Origin: a virus | Taxonomy: Duplodnaviria > Caudoviricetes | Reading direction: 5' to 3' (one strand) | Length of the DNA: 50,382 nt | IMG/VR virus record: IMGVR_UViG_3300024996_000015 | Location: 1-50,382 of that record | Shown here: positions 18,868 through 29,047 of the stretch, one piece after another | Layout of the letters: the number at the start of each line of letters is the position of its first letter | How positions within the stretch are numbered: position 1 is the stretch's first letter | Made by a program: the position numbers and the translations under genes | Notes under the pieces: generated by a model | Told to the model about the DNA's origin: nothing | What the model saw: only the letters and a program-made list of their open reading frames with translations | Database searches by the model: none

Positions 18868-19103
18868 TGGCGATCACACTAACAGAACTACAATCCAAGC
18901 TTATGTTAATTGATGAGATCAGTCTTATGGAAATCCTAGAGATTACCAGTGAAGATCTAGCTAATAGATTCATGGATAGGATTGAATCTAAGTACGATCA
19001 ATTGATTACTGAGTTTGAAGAAGACATTGAAAGTGAAGATAGCGAATGGTGGGAATATCCACTGAATGAAGACTTATTTATAGAGGATGACATTGAACAA
19101 TAA
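18867..19103 (+). CDS. conserved acidic phage protein
   Basis: DEISLMEILEITSEDLANRF; TAATG coupling. Confidence 0.6.
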   Translation: MAITLTELQSKLMLIDEISLMEILEITSEDLANRFMDRIESKYDQLITEFEEDIESEDSEWWEYPLNEDLFIEDDIEQ

Positions 19104-19566
19104 TAAAGAACTACCTAGCATTTATCAGACAATAATACATTACGTCTATACTCATAGACACCCTATTACTAGAGACGTAGTTTATGTAGGTATGGGAAAA
19201 GGAGATCGTGCTTGGTCTATGCAAGTTGGTATGTATCCTACTCCCTCAAGAAGAGGTGGTCGTAGTAAGGAACACTTTGAATGGTTTAAATCTCTAGAAC
19301 AAATCGGATATACCCTGCAAGATATAGTAGAATTAGAATTTACAGGATTGTCTAAAGAAGAAGCATTTGAAAAAGAATTAAGTTTAATTAAAGAAATTGG
19401 TTATATAAATCTATTTAATATAGATCCATCACTAGCTTTACGACAATATAATTCAGAAATAGAAGAGATTTTTAAACTACGAAATCAAGGATTATCTTAT
19501 GAAAAGATCAGTTCTGCTTTAAATATTTCTACTATGTCTGTTTGGAGATATATTAATGTTTACTAA
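19087..19566 (+). mobile_element. GIY-YIG endonuclease fused in frame to the original RNR N-terminus
   Basis: RNR-like LPSIYQTIIH leader, then YVYTH..VYVGMGKGDRA, EAFEKE, C-terminal HTH (GLSYEKISSALNIS). Confidence 0.8.
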
Positions 19567-19771
19567 TACAAGTAGTCCTATTTATTCTGAAGTAATCCAT
19601 CGTAGTCGTTATGCACGGTATCTGCCAGAGAAGCAACGACGGGAGACTTATGTCGAAACTATTGATAGGTATATTAATTACATGTATAAAAAAGTAAAAG
19701 ATAATCCTAACGTCTCTGAAGAAGATAGAAAGTACATTCATGGAGTACTGGGGGCTACTTGTGAACTCTGA
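19556..19771 (+). CDS. nrdJ: class II ribonucleotide reductase, N-terminal fragment
   Basis: IHRSRYARYL...RRETYVETIDRY conserved NrdJ N-terminus; GGAG SD. Confidence 0.8.
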   Translation: MFTNTSSPIYSEVIHRSRYARYLPEKQRRETYVETIDRYINYMYKKVKDNPNVSEEDRKYIHGVLGATCEL

Positions 19772-20165
19772 TTGTATAGAATTCTCTGGCTGTAAAGATA
19801 CTGGAGGATATGGCCTTAAACGCAAGCAAGGTAAATTATATAAAGCACATAGGCTTGCTTGGATAGAAGCTAATGGTCCTATACCAGAAGGATTATTTGT
19901 CTGCCATAAATGTGATAATCCTGCCTGTATTAATCTAGATCATCTTTTTCTGGGTACAAATTCTGATAATATGAAAGATATGTACAATAAAGAAAGGGGT
20001 AATAACTATTTTAAAGTTAGTAACCCTAAGCAAAAGATTAATCAAACCATTGCTAATGAAATAAAAGAACTAAGAAAACTAGGTCTTACTCAACAACATA
20101 TTGCAAACTTGTATGAAATTGATCGTAGTCTAGTTTCTCAAATTGACAGAGGAATTATATGGTAA
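19761..20165 (+). mobile_element. HNH homing endonuclease splitting RNR
   Basis: GYG, AHRLAW, VCHKCDNPACINLDHLFLGTNSDN, C-terminal HTH; start GTG 19761 or ATG 19740. Confidence 0.88.
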
Positions 20166-21934
20166 CAATTCGAGAGGCTATGTTAAACCTCGATGTGATG
20201 GGATCAATGCGGGCAGTTATGACGGCAGGCGAAGCTTGTGAACGAGATAATATTGCAGCTTACAACTGTAGCTATCTAGCCATTAACAATAAACGTGCGT
20301 TTTCTGAAGCACTATATATTCTTATGAATGGTACTGGTGTTGGTTTCTCCTGTGAGCGACAAGAGATTGCACAGCTACCTCAAGTAGCATCTGAATTTAG
20401 GAATGTGGATGATACCATTGTCGTACAAGACAGTAAATTAGGATGGGCAAAAGCCTTTAAAAAGCTACTGTCCTCTCTGTATGAAGGAGATATCCCACAG
20501 ATTGATTATTCCAAGATCCGTCCTGCGGGAGCTAGGCTTAAAACCTTCGGGGGAAGGGCCAGTGGCCCTGAACCTTTGCAAAGATTGTTTGAGTTCTCTG
20601 TTAGTACGTTCAAACACGCAATGGGAAGAAAGCTAAATAGTATTGAAGTACATGATCTAATGTGTATGATTGGAGAGATTGTTGTGGTAGGCGGCGTACG
20701 TCGCTCTGCCCTTATCTCTCTGAGCAACCTAACTGATCGACGTATGCAGCAGGCTAAGATGGGACAGTGGTGGGAAGAGAACAGTCAACGTAGTCTTGCT
20801 AATAACTCTATTGCTTATACTGAAAAGCCGGATGCAGAAACATTTATGCAGGAATGGTTAGCTTTAGTTCAAAGTAAGAGTGGTGAACGTGGTATCTTTA
20901 ATAGGGTAGCTGCCCAAAAGCAGGCAAGTAAATGGAGTAGACGCAGCGCACTGTTATCGTATGGCACTAACCCGTGTTCAGAGATAATCCTGCGGGACAA
21001 GCAGTTTTGCAATTTAACGGAATGCGTCGTTCGTAGTACAGACACCTTTGAAGATTTGAAACGAAAAGTCGAACTTGCGACTATCTTAGGAACTATTCAA
21101 AGTACTCTCACAGACTTTCAATTCCTAAGCGAAGAGTGGAAGAAGAACACGGAAGAGGAACGATTATTAGGAGTATCTCTCACTGGTATTATGGATCATC
21201 CATTTCTAAATGGAACTTCTTCTTTCATTGATGAAGAGAAGGGAAAGTTCTGTGATGCTTGGACAGACTTGCCAACAATATTAGAACAACTACGAGACCA
21301 TGCAAGGAGTGTAAATGAAGAGTGGGCTGAAAAACTTGATATTCCTCCTTCTGCTTCTATCACTTGTGTTAAGCCTTCCGGTACAGTCAGTCAGTTGGTG
21401 GACAGTGCTAGCGGCATTCATGCTAGACACAATCCTTTTTATATCCGACGTATTCGGATGGATAAAAAAGACCCAATCTATTCCTTCCTCAAAGGTCAAG
21501 GAGTTCCAGTTGAGGACGAAGCTTTCCGACCAGATTCCACCGCAGTTTTTAGTTTTCCCCAGAAAGCACCAGAAGGAGCCGTATGCAGGACCGGAAAGAC
21601 GGCAATCGAACAATTAGAACTCTGGTTAATTTATCAGAGGTATTGGTGTGAGCATAAGCCTTCGGTTACGATTTCAGTTAAGGATGAGGAATGGCCGGAA
21701 GTCGGAGCTTGGGTATGGAAACACTTCGATGAAGTTTCGGGGGTATCCTTCCTTCCATTCAGCGATCACACGTATCAACAAGCACCTTATGAAGATATTA
21801 CGGAAGAACAGTATAATCAACTCGTAGAACAGATGCCTCAGGATATTAGATGGGAAGAGTTTATTGAAAGCGATGACTACACAACAGGGCAACAACAACT
21901 TGCATGTACCGCTTCTGGAGGATGTGAAATATAA
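20159..21934 (+). CDS. nrdJ: class II (B12-dependent, monomeric-type) ribonucleotide reductase, catalytic fragment
   Basis: YNCSY, GTGVGFS, VVVGGVRRSA, TNPCSEI, FCNLTE, VKPSGTVSQL, C-terminal ACTASGGCEI; AGAGGA SD. Confidence 0.92.
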   Translation: MVTIREAMLNLDVMGSMRAVMTAGEACERDNIAAYNCSYLAINNKRAFSEALYILMNGTGVGFSCERQEIAQLPQVASEFRNVDDTIVVQDSKLGWAKAFKKLLSSLYEGDIPQIDYSKIRPAGARLKTFGGRASGPEPLQRLFEFSVSTFKHAMGRKLNSIEVHDLMCMIGEIVVVGGVRRSALISLSNLTDRRMQQAKMGQWWEENSQRSLANNSIAYTEKPDAETFMQEWLALVQSKSGERGIFNRVAAQKQASKWSRRSALLSYGTNPCSEIILRDKQFCNLTECVVRSTDTFEDLKRKVELATILGTIQSTLTDFQFLSEEWKKNTEEERLLGVSLTGIMDHPFLNGTSSFIDEEKGKFCDAWTDLPTILEQLRDHARSVNEEWAEKLDIPPSASITCVKPSGTVSQLVDSASGIHARHNPFYIRRIRMDKKDPIYSFLKGQGVPVEDEAFRPDSTAVFSFPQKAPEGAVCRTGKTAIEQLELWLIYQRYWCEHKPSVTISVKDEEWPEVGAWVWKHFDEVSGVSFLPFSDHTYQQAPYEDITEEQYNQLVEQMPQDIRWEEFIESDDYTTGQQQLACTASGGCEI

Positions 21935-21938
21935 ATGT

Positions 21939-22187
21939 ATGGCTAGACCAAAGAAAATTCACGTCGATCCAGATCAGCCTCAATGGATCTGTTATAAGTG
22001 TGGAATTAAATACGGAAGTTTTAAGGCGGGCCAAGCCCGCTGGCATACAGATGTATGTGGATGTTGTGGAGAAACACAAGCTTGTACTGAACCCATTAAT
22101 TTTGGATACTTGCTATTAGGTTGGAAGTCGCAACGCGACGATGATGATAAAAGGGATTTAGATGGAAAATATGACGATGAAGCTTAG
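21939..22187 (+). CDS. small zinc-finger protein
   Basis: WICYKCG...CGCCG. Confidence 0.6.
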   Translation: MARPKKIHVDPDQPQWICYKCGIKYGSFKAGQARWHTDVCGCCGETQACTEPINFGYLLLGWKSQRDDDDKRDLDGKYDDEA

Positions 22188-22353
22188 TCTTCTCGAATTA
22201 TATGATCTCGTAGGAGATGATATGGGGATTAGTTTTCTTTACGAAGAACTACCCGGTGTTGTAGTAACAATTGGATTTACAAAAGAAGAGGCAGAAGATG
22301 CCGACATTAACGAAGAGGAAGAAACCAAAGATGGAAAACCAACTAAACATTGA
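22177..22353 (+). CDS. hypothetical acidic protein
   Basis: Overlapping ORF chain at end of arm. Confidence 0.45.
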   Translation: MKLSLLELYDLVGDDMGISFLYEELPGVVVTIGFTKEEAEDADINEEEETKDGKPTKH

Positions 22354-22468
22354 AGAGCATGAAGTACAACTAGAACTACTGCTTGATAAGCAAGACTATC
22401 TGGATTATATTGATGCTGACATGGAAGCATTCTATTCTATTAAAGCAGATAATATTGCTGATCTTTAA
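22331..22468 (+). CDS. hypothetical acidic protein
   Basis: Last ORF before terminator. Confidence 0.4.
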   Translation: MENQLNIEEHEVQLELLLDKQDYLDYIDADMEAFYSIKADNIADL

Positions 22469-22470
22469 AT

Positions 22471-22504
22471 AAAGAAGGCGGCCCGTAAAGGCCGCCTTTT
22501 CTTT
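22471..22504. terminator. bidirectional rho-independent terminator between the two arms
   Basis: AAAGAAGGCGGCC-CGTAAA-GGCCGCCTTTTCTTT. Confidence 0.9.
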
Positions 22505-22522
22505 GTCACGTCTAGTGACGCT

Positions 22523-22867
22523 TTACTTCATTCCTTGATGTTCCAGACTGTAGTGGTTAGCGTCATTGAATCTCCCTCCCCACGTACCTCCAATAGATTC
22601 CCAGAACTCGCCTAGTTCACGATGATCTTCAGTAGTCTGTAGGAACTCCCCTCCCTTATTAAACAAGTTAAGATCAATAGCAAGTCGTAGCTTGTGGCAT
22701 GACTTACTATGCCCATATCCCTGCTTAACTCCAATGGCACCGTGCAGCCTTGGATCTCTATACGCATCTCCAAAGGTTACCTCGTAACCTAGATCGTAGG
22801 CTTTGATAATAAGATCTGCTACCATTCGTGCAAACCTACTTTGTTTTTGTCTTAAACTCTCACTCAT
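22523..22867 (-). CDS. endolysin, M15 family (L-Ala-D-Glu peptidase-like)
   Basis: GDAYR, SCHKLRLAIDLNL, WGGRFNDANHYS. Confidence 0.85.
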   Translation of the reverse strand: MSESLRQKQSRFARMVADLIIKAYDLGYEVTFGDAYRDPRLHGAIGVKQGYGHSKSCHKLRLAIDLNLFNKGGEFLQTTEDHRELGEFWESIGGTWGGRFNDANHYSLEHQGMK

Positions 22868-25800
22868 TAATATATTCCTCTAAATCTGGTGTTCCATAAG
22901 TTTCTTGGTACTTTAAATATCTCTGCTGTTGCTGTGTAGACATACCACCAGAAGGACTAACAAACTGTAGCATTCCTTTCGGAACTTTACGTTTAGCTAG
23001 TTCTTTCTCTACACGACTTTCAATAATCTTCTCAGGAACCATATAGTCTTTAGCTAATTGAATTACTAATTTCTGTACAGTTTCTTGATCTTGCCTAGTA
23101 ACTGCATCAGCAACTCTCTGAATTAGATTATTTATCTTAGGTTGATCTCTCATCTCTTGCTCTTTAAGTCTACGCTGTTTAAGGCGTTCAGCAGACAAAG
23201 CAATAGTAGAACCCCCAAGATACTTAGCAGCTCTCTCAGTCTTAGTCTGAGGAAGAACGGCATGTCCTTTTGTATCAGGTAACATCTCCCTATCAGTAGC
23301 CCCAAATAGAAGATCATCCACTACTCCTTTATACCAACCCGGAGTAATATTCATAGCAGCAGTTCTACGCTCTGCTTCTGAGGCGGGTCGTATTCCTGTA
23401 GCATGTCCCAAGATAGTAGATACATCTCCTGCCCGTTGGGCGTACCAATTAAGCACTGGAATGAATTGCATAAAGCTATCTTGTCCTTGTGTAATCCCAT
23501 CAAAGATTGGTTGCCATCTGTTACCTGCACCAATGTCAAGCCCTTGATTGTCAGTAATAAGCATCGTAGATGCCGATACAAGACCGTGACTAACTACTCT
23601 ATTAGAGAATGTGTTATCTCCAGACAATGCCCAATCAATAGCAGAAGGCAATAGATCTTCTCCTCCTACCATATTAGACAGCTTATTAATTAGAAGCCGT
23701 AGGGCTTCGTATTCAGCAATCAGGGGTGTACCTAGGATACCAGTCATAAGACCAGTCATAGCAACAGTAGCCATGAATGGAAGAGCTGCACGTAATTTAG
23801 CCTTCCCTCCCGGAGCACGAAGCATCTCACCTACATCAGAGATCATGTTACCTAGCGCAGCATTAGTAAAGGTATGCAAGGGAGATATTAGATCTCCAAG
23901 CATTCCCATCTTCTGATACATAGGAGCTTTATACTGACGACCATACTGAACCATGTTCTCATCAGTAGCCTTGGCTGCTAAGTTAGCCAGCTCTTCTCCC
24001 TTGAATCCTAACTCTTTATAGTGCTCGTACATCATAGAGTAGGACATAAGACGAGAGAATGTATCAGCCATAGCGGACTGCTTCTCACCCGTAATCAGTT
24101 CAAAGAGAAGACGCCACTTACTACCCTCTTGCATAAAGTCACCTAGCGCATGACTATTGATATCCTTAATAAACTGAGGATCAAATGTATGTCTAGTCTG
24201 AGAAGTATGATACAAAGCTTCTAGGAACTCTCTATCAGGACGTAACATCTGCCACATACCTTTGCCAGCAGACACAGTGGCAGACACAGGGCCAGCCCCA
24301 TCCTTAAGCATAGTACGAATAGCCCACAGTCCTTGAATACTCTGCGCACCCCAGAAGAATGGACGGCTCATAAGAGCGTGGATATAGAAGAGACTGCCCA
24401 TCTTGCGAAGAGCAATGTCTACAACAGGAGTATCTGTATATCTTTTAGCACCTAGTGCTTCCATCTTATGCAGAGGAGTCTTCTTCCATGCCTGTTCCCA
24501 CAGAGCGTCAATAGTAGCTTTAGCTCCTTTAAATGCAAGAGGTGAGTCTACTTTATTAAGAGCATAGTCTCTAGTAAGTCTTACAAACTCAAGAGAGTTT
24601 GGATGAGATTGCATTAACTCCTCATTATTGATAAGAAGATTAAGCTTCTCTTCAATCTCCATCTTCTGCATAAGACCAGTAAACTCATCTACTGATTTAT
24701 AGTTAGCATCACGGAATGCTTTACCAGCATCATGTACAGTAGTAAACATCTCACTACCCATAGAGCCAGATACGTTAGTACGGTACTTAGCATGCCCTCC
24801 TAGTTGACCACCACGAGTAGTGTACATGTCAACCATACGTTGCATACGAGCATCAAGCATGGCTTGGTAATCTCCACCATACTTAGCAGCTTCTTCAACA
24901 ACCCACCGTGGAGCAGTGCCGCCTTCAAGGGCGGCCCTGTCTACATCAAGCTTCGCTCTCTGTTCACGATAAGCACGATGGAAATCAGCAAGCTGATCCA
25001 CACCTTCCTTAGCTCCTACTTCCTCTACACCGTTATGGCGTAGATGGCCTTTAAACTCAGCAGGCTGGCTCTCGAATTGCTTAATGAAAGCCTCTGCTTC
25101 TCCTCGTGTGCGGAATGACTGGGAATGGGATAGGTCGGTCATAACAGCCCGTCCAGTCTCATCATATCCAGCAAGTCTCTTCAATCCCTCAATATGGAAA
25201 TTAACAGTAAACTCACCCTTACGGACAGCAGGATACCATCCCTTCATATTAGGAAGGACTGATTTCTTACCTAGACGCTGTGCAGAATCCACAGCCATCT
25301 GGTACATATTGGCATACATCCGCGTAGCAGCAGTATACAGATCCTTCTGCATAGGAGTAAGATCTGCACCAAACATAGCAAGACTCTCTTCATAAGAATA
25401 CTTACCAATACCTTTCTCAAGGATCTGATGAACAGCATGGAAGTCCTCATTACTAGCTTTGTTAAAGATAACAGCAGGAGAATCCAGAGCCTTGATCTTC
25501 TTAAGTGTTACTCCAAAACCCTTTTTAGCTAAGTAGGTATCTTTGTCCGTAACACCAGACAATAGCTCCATGCTACGCTGTGTCTGTACATGAAGAGAAT
25601 TCAATACAACATCGCTGGCATACTTGATTACTGGATTATTAGCATAGATACCCATACGCTGTTGGATACCAAACCTCCAAGCAACAACCTTGGAAGCAAT
25701 GCCCCCAACATCCTCTACACCAGCCATCTTCTTAATTACAGTATCGGCATCTTCAATGTGTCTTACTGCATTTTGAATAGGAGTTGCGCCAAGAGGATCA

Positions 25801-28046
25801 TTAGCCTTCTTCTTAGGAAAGAAGTTATTCTGCCATTGATGAGATTCAGCAAGAGATTTCCTAACGTTTTTCATCTCCCAAAGAGTCTTACCTACTTTAC
25901 GAGCATTCTCGTTCTCTTTAATCAGAGATACAATAAAGTCTTCTACAGATTTGCCAATGCCTACCTTACGCAAGCCAAACTCTTCTAATAGCTTATTAAA
26001 AGCTCCTTGAATGGAATCAGTGAATGCACGAATAGGAGAAGTAGCATCATGCTTATAAGTAAGAGCTACCTTTGCTGCATATTGAGCAAAGAACTCAGGA
26101 AACTTAGAATGATACTGCGCTCCTTTAACATCATCCCTATAGAGAGATCCCTCTTTACCTACAGTAATTGCACCTTCTTTTTGCAGGTAACTCTCATAGT
26201 CTTTTAGTAGTTTATTAAAAGCAGAGTCTTTTACAAACAAATCAGTTTGAACAAGTTTATTAAGAAGATGGTGGCCTACTTCATGCAAAGCCATTACCAT
26301 GCGCATAGCGCGGAGTTGCTCTCCTTCAGCTAACCCCTTAAACCATTTACGTAGATTAGGTAATGTATTAATATAATCTAGAATAGCTTCTTTACTACCA
26401 AGTTTTACATAACCTTTATCTCCTACAGTAGTGTATTCTGCAACAGAATCTTCTCTAGAGAGAACAGATTTATCCAGATTAATATCAAGGTTCTCTTTAT
26501 TCAGACCGTATAAATCCAATACGGACTGCACAGCAGCTCGTTCAGATGCATCTCCCCCGTATACTTTAGGAGTATTTTCAGTCTGCTCAATACGATTAAT
26601 CTGCTCACCAAGAGCACGATATCTTACAGCAGCATCACCAATAAGAGACAAAGGATCACCAAGGGCATCCTGTTCTCTAATCAATGCTTCTTTATCAGAA
26701 GCAAACTCAAGATCATCCATACGTTCTACAGGAGGGATTGTAATCTCTTCTGCTACCTGAGTACCTAATTCTGGAGAAGTCTGCTCTCCGTCGATCCTAG
26801 AGCTTTCTGAAGACCCTCTATAGCCTACTGGCTCAAAGGTATACCCAAGAAGTTCTTCATTAGTCTTGCCAGATGCAAACTCAGAGTTATATTCAATAGT
26901 ACCTTTATCATGAAAGATAGTTACTGAGCCATCTTCATGTCTCATAATCTTAACACCAAAAGTACCACTATCCTCTGTATCTACCACATGATCTGTAGTA
27001 GTTCTTTTTGGTTCTTCAGGACGCACATACTCACCCCCTGGACGTGGTGGTTGTCCAGTTGGTTGTTCTTGTTGAATAGGTTTAGGCTGTGGAGTCTCAC
27101 CTCTAAGCATTGCCTCAGCATTTTGCCTGCTAGCAAGTAGTTCGTTGAGTGCTTGTTGATGTTGTCCTACTTCTTCTAGACGAGCATCTTGATATTGCTT
27201 TGCTTGTTCAGGAGTATCAAACTGATGTTCCTTTAGATCCTGTTGGATCTGTTTAATCTTATATTCAGTACGAGCAATATCCTTCTCATTCTGATCGAGA
27301 TAAGATTTAATCTGTTCAGTAGAACCACGATGAGCAGTAGGCTCTGGAATATCTGCTGAAGCAGAAGCCTTTACCTTTGGGGCACCTACATGGGTAGCTA
27401 CACCACCAACTGCACCACCAGCTACGTCAAAAGCAACAGCAAAGGGATCAAAGATATCTTGTTGTAGATCAGGTCTATCCTTGTGAATAATATCTCTCTC
27501 AACTGCCCTCTGTCCTGCACCAAGAGCTACGTTAGAGCCAATACCAGTACCCACACGAGAAGTAAGAGTAGTACCAAACCCTCCGGGCATAAGAACACCA
27601 AGAGTACCTACATCAGAAGCTAGATCAGCTCCTTGGAGAGCTTCTAAGGGGGTAACTTTCTCTTCCTTTAGACGAGCATATTCAGAACCACCCATCATGG
27701 CTCCAGCAGTACTGGCAGCCAAGGCTGTACCAGCCAATGGAACTGAGACGGGAGCAGTAAAAGCTGCTCCAATAACAGGCACAGCTACGCCTGCTACTTG
27801 ACCAAGACCAGCAGCAATTGGATGTGCTTGAGCAGCTTCCTTACCTTTACGATAGGTCTCTGCATAATCTTCAGGAGAGACAATACCAGCAGTTCTTCCA
27901 ACACCCTGCACCATTTGACGAGCACCACGGAAGAAGGCTTTGGTTGCTCCTTCATCTTCTTGTGCAAATGGATCTACGATAGAAGAACTCTCAAATGGAT
28001 CTACTATCTTGTTTTGTGGAGCATCGAATGGATCGACGATAGGCAT
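22860..28046 (-). CDS. large internal virion (ejection) protein
   Basis: 1728 aa, last of the structural genes; IVDPF repeats at N-terminus; HEVGH zincin-like motif. Confidence 0.7.
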   Translation of the reverse strand: MPIVDPFDAPQNKIVDPFESSSIVDPFAQEDEGATKAFFRGARQMVQGVGRTAGIVSPEDYAETYRKGKEAAQAHPIAAGLGQVAGVAVPVIGAAFTAPVSVPLAGTALAASTAGAMMGGSEYARLKEEKVTPLEALQGADLASDVGTLGVLMPGGFGTTLTSRVGTGIGSNVALGAGQRAVERDIIHKDRPDLQQDIFDPFAVAFDVAGGAVGGVATHVGAPKVKASASADIPEPTAHRGSTEQIKSYLDQNEKDIARTEYKIKQIQQDLKEHQFDTPEQAKQYQDARLEEVGQHQQALNELLASRQNAEAMLRGETPQPKPIQQEQPTGQPPRPGGEYVRPEEPKRTTTDHVVDTEDSGTFGVKIMRHEDGSVTIFHDKGTIEYNSEFASGKTNEELLGYTFEPVGYRGSSESSRIDGEQTSPELGTQVAEEITIPPVERMDDLEFASDKEALIREQDALGDPLSLIGDAAVRYRALGEQINRIEQTENTPKVYGGDASERAAVQSVLDLYGLNKENLDINLDKSVLSREDSVAEYTTVGDKGYVKLGSKEAILDYINTLPNLRKWFKGLAEGEQLRAMRMVMALHEVGHHLLNKLVQTDLFVKDSAFNKLLKDYESYLQKEGAITVGKEGSLYRDDVKGAQYHSKFPEFFAQYAAKVALTYKHDATSPIRAFTDSIQGAFNKLLEEFGLRKVGIGKSVEDFIVSLIKENENARKVGKTLWEMKNVRKSLAESHQWQNNFFPKKKANDPLGATPIQNAVRHIEDADTVIKKMAGVEDVGGIASKVVAWRFGIQQRMGIYANNPVIKYASDVVLNSLHVQTQRSMELLSGVTDKDTYLAKKGFGVTLKKIKALDSPAVIFNKASNEDFHAVHQILEKGIGKYSYEESLAMFGADLTPMQKDLYTAATRMYANMYQMAVDSAQRLGKKSVLPNMKGWYPAVRKGEFTVNFHIEGLKRLAGYDETGRAVMTDLSHSQSFRTRGEAEAFIKQFESQPAEFKGHLRHNGVEEVGAKEGVDQLADFHRAYREQRAKLDVDRAALEGGTAPRWVVEEAAKYGGDYQAMLDARMQRMVDMYTTRGGQLGGHAKYRTNVSGSMGSEMFTTVHDAGKAFRDANYKSVDEFTGLMQKMEIEEKLNLLINNEELMQSHPNSLEFVRLTRDYALNKVDSPLAFKGAKATIDALWEQAWKKTPLHKMEALGAKRYTDTPVVDIALRKMGSLFYIHALMSRPFFWGAQSIQGLWAIRTMLKDGAGPVSATVSAGKGMWQMLRPDREFLEALYHTSQTRHTFDPQFIKDINSHALGDFMQEGSKWRLLFELITGEKQSAMADTFSRLMSYSMMYEHYKELGFKGEELANLAAKATDENMVQYGRQYKAPMYQKMGMLGDLISPLHTFTNAALGNMISDVGEMLRAPGGKAKLRAALPFMATVAMTGLMTGILGTPLIAEYEALRLLINKLSNMVGGEDLLPSAIDWALSGDNTFSNRVVSHGLVSASTMLITDNQGLDIGAGNRWQPIFDGITQGQDSFMQFIPVLNWYAQRAGDVSTILGHATGIRPASEAERRTAAMNITPGWYKGVVDDLLFGATDREMLPDTKGHAVLPQTKTERAAKYLGGSTIALSAERLKQRRLKEQEMRDQPKINNLIQRVADAVTRQDQETVQKLVIQLAKDYMVPEKIIESRVEKELAKRKVPKGMLQFVSPSGGMSTQQQQRYLKYQETYGTPDLEEYINE

Positions 28047-28052
28047 AGATTA

Positions 28053-29045
28053 TTACTTTCCATATTTCTGTTTATAGTACGTAGTTAGATCAGCTTCAGA
28101 AACACCGGGATTCTTTGCCTTAGCAGCAGATAAGAACTCTTGCAGACTAGGAACTTTACCTTGTACTGGAGCACCTTTAGTAGTAGTTGTAGTTACTGTA
28201 CCTGTTGGAGAAAGAATACTAGGAGTTTCTTTAGTAGTTATTGTACGTGCTTGCACAAATGCATTAGCAAGTTCTGGTTCAGACATTCCCGGATTAGCAG
28301 CTTTAATCTGTTCATAAAGAAATTGATCTGAAGTTGGTTTAGAAGCAGTACTAGCTGCTCTTTGTTGTGCTTCTTGTAATCCAAACTGCCCTGTTTGTGT
28401 TCCCAGTTCCATACGGCCCTGTTGTTTCTGATCTTCTTGTAGAGCTTCCGTCTGAAACTTCTCACGAGTAGTAGCAATACCGGAGGCATACTTCTGCATC
28501 TCGAACTTAAACGCATTGAGTGCTTGCTCTCGTGGCATATTACCATATTGTTTAGCCCATTGAGTAAACTGTGGGTCTTTAGTAATATCAGGGTATTGTT
28601 CTGCCATCCGTTGAATGGCTTCTCCAGTAGAGCCAGAGAACTGTAATGCTTGAAGACCAAGTTGATTAAAGCTTTCTACTTCCTTCGCCATTTGATCCAT
28701 CATCTGAAGTTTAGCTTGGGCAGGCATCTGTTTTAGAGCTTGCTCTGCTTGCTTTGCTTTTAGTTGGGCTTCCTGCATAGATTGCCCTGCTTTAGCTCCG
28801 GGAACACCAGCAGCAAGATCTGCTTCTCCTTGTACATTAGCTAGTTCAGCAGTACGTGCTTGTGCATTACTCTTCTGAAGATAAGAAGGAGTCTCACCAG
28901 TATATCTTTGAAGTTCTGCCTGCTTTTGTGCAAGACCAGCAAGAGTAGTATCAAGATCAGCACGATCACGGATACCTGCATTGTATCCACCAGCAATACC
29001 AGCATTGTCTTTCAGAGTTGATAAGTAGTTGTCAAGTCCAGCCAT
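28053..29045 (-). CDS. internal virion protein
   Basis: A/Q-rich helical, position in ejection module. Confidence 0.6.
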   Translation of the reverse strand: MAGLDNYLSTLKDNAGIAGGYNAGIRDRADLDTTLAGLAQKQAELQRYTGETPSYLQKSNAQARTAELANVQGEADLAAGVPGAKAGQSMQEAQLKAKQAEQALKQMPAQAKLQMMDQMAKEVESFNQLGLQALQFSGSTGEAIQRMAEQYPDITKDPQFTQWAKQYGNMPREQALNAFKFEMQKYASGIATTREKFQTEALQEDQKQQGRMELGTQTGQFGLQEAQQRAASTASKPTSDQFLYEQIKAANPGMSEPELANAFVQARTITTKETPSILSPTGTVTTTTTKGAPVQGKVPSLQEFLSAAKAKNPGVSEADLTTYYKQKYGK

Positions 29046-29047
29046 TT

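Noticed and set aside
19735-20170. Group I intron or intein around the HNH genes
   Set aside because: The nuclease ORFs fill the inserts, with no non-coding room for P3-P9 cores. There is no in-frame continuity and there are no C/S...HN intein ends.
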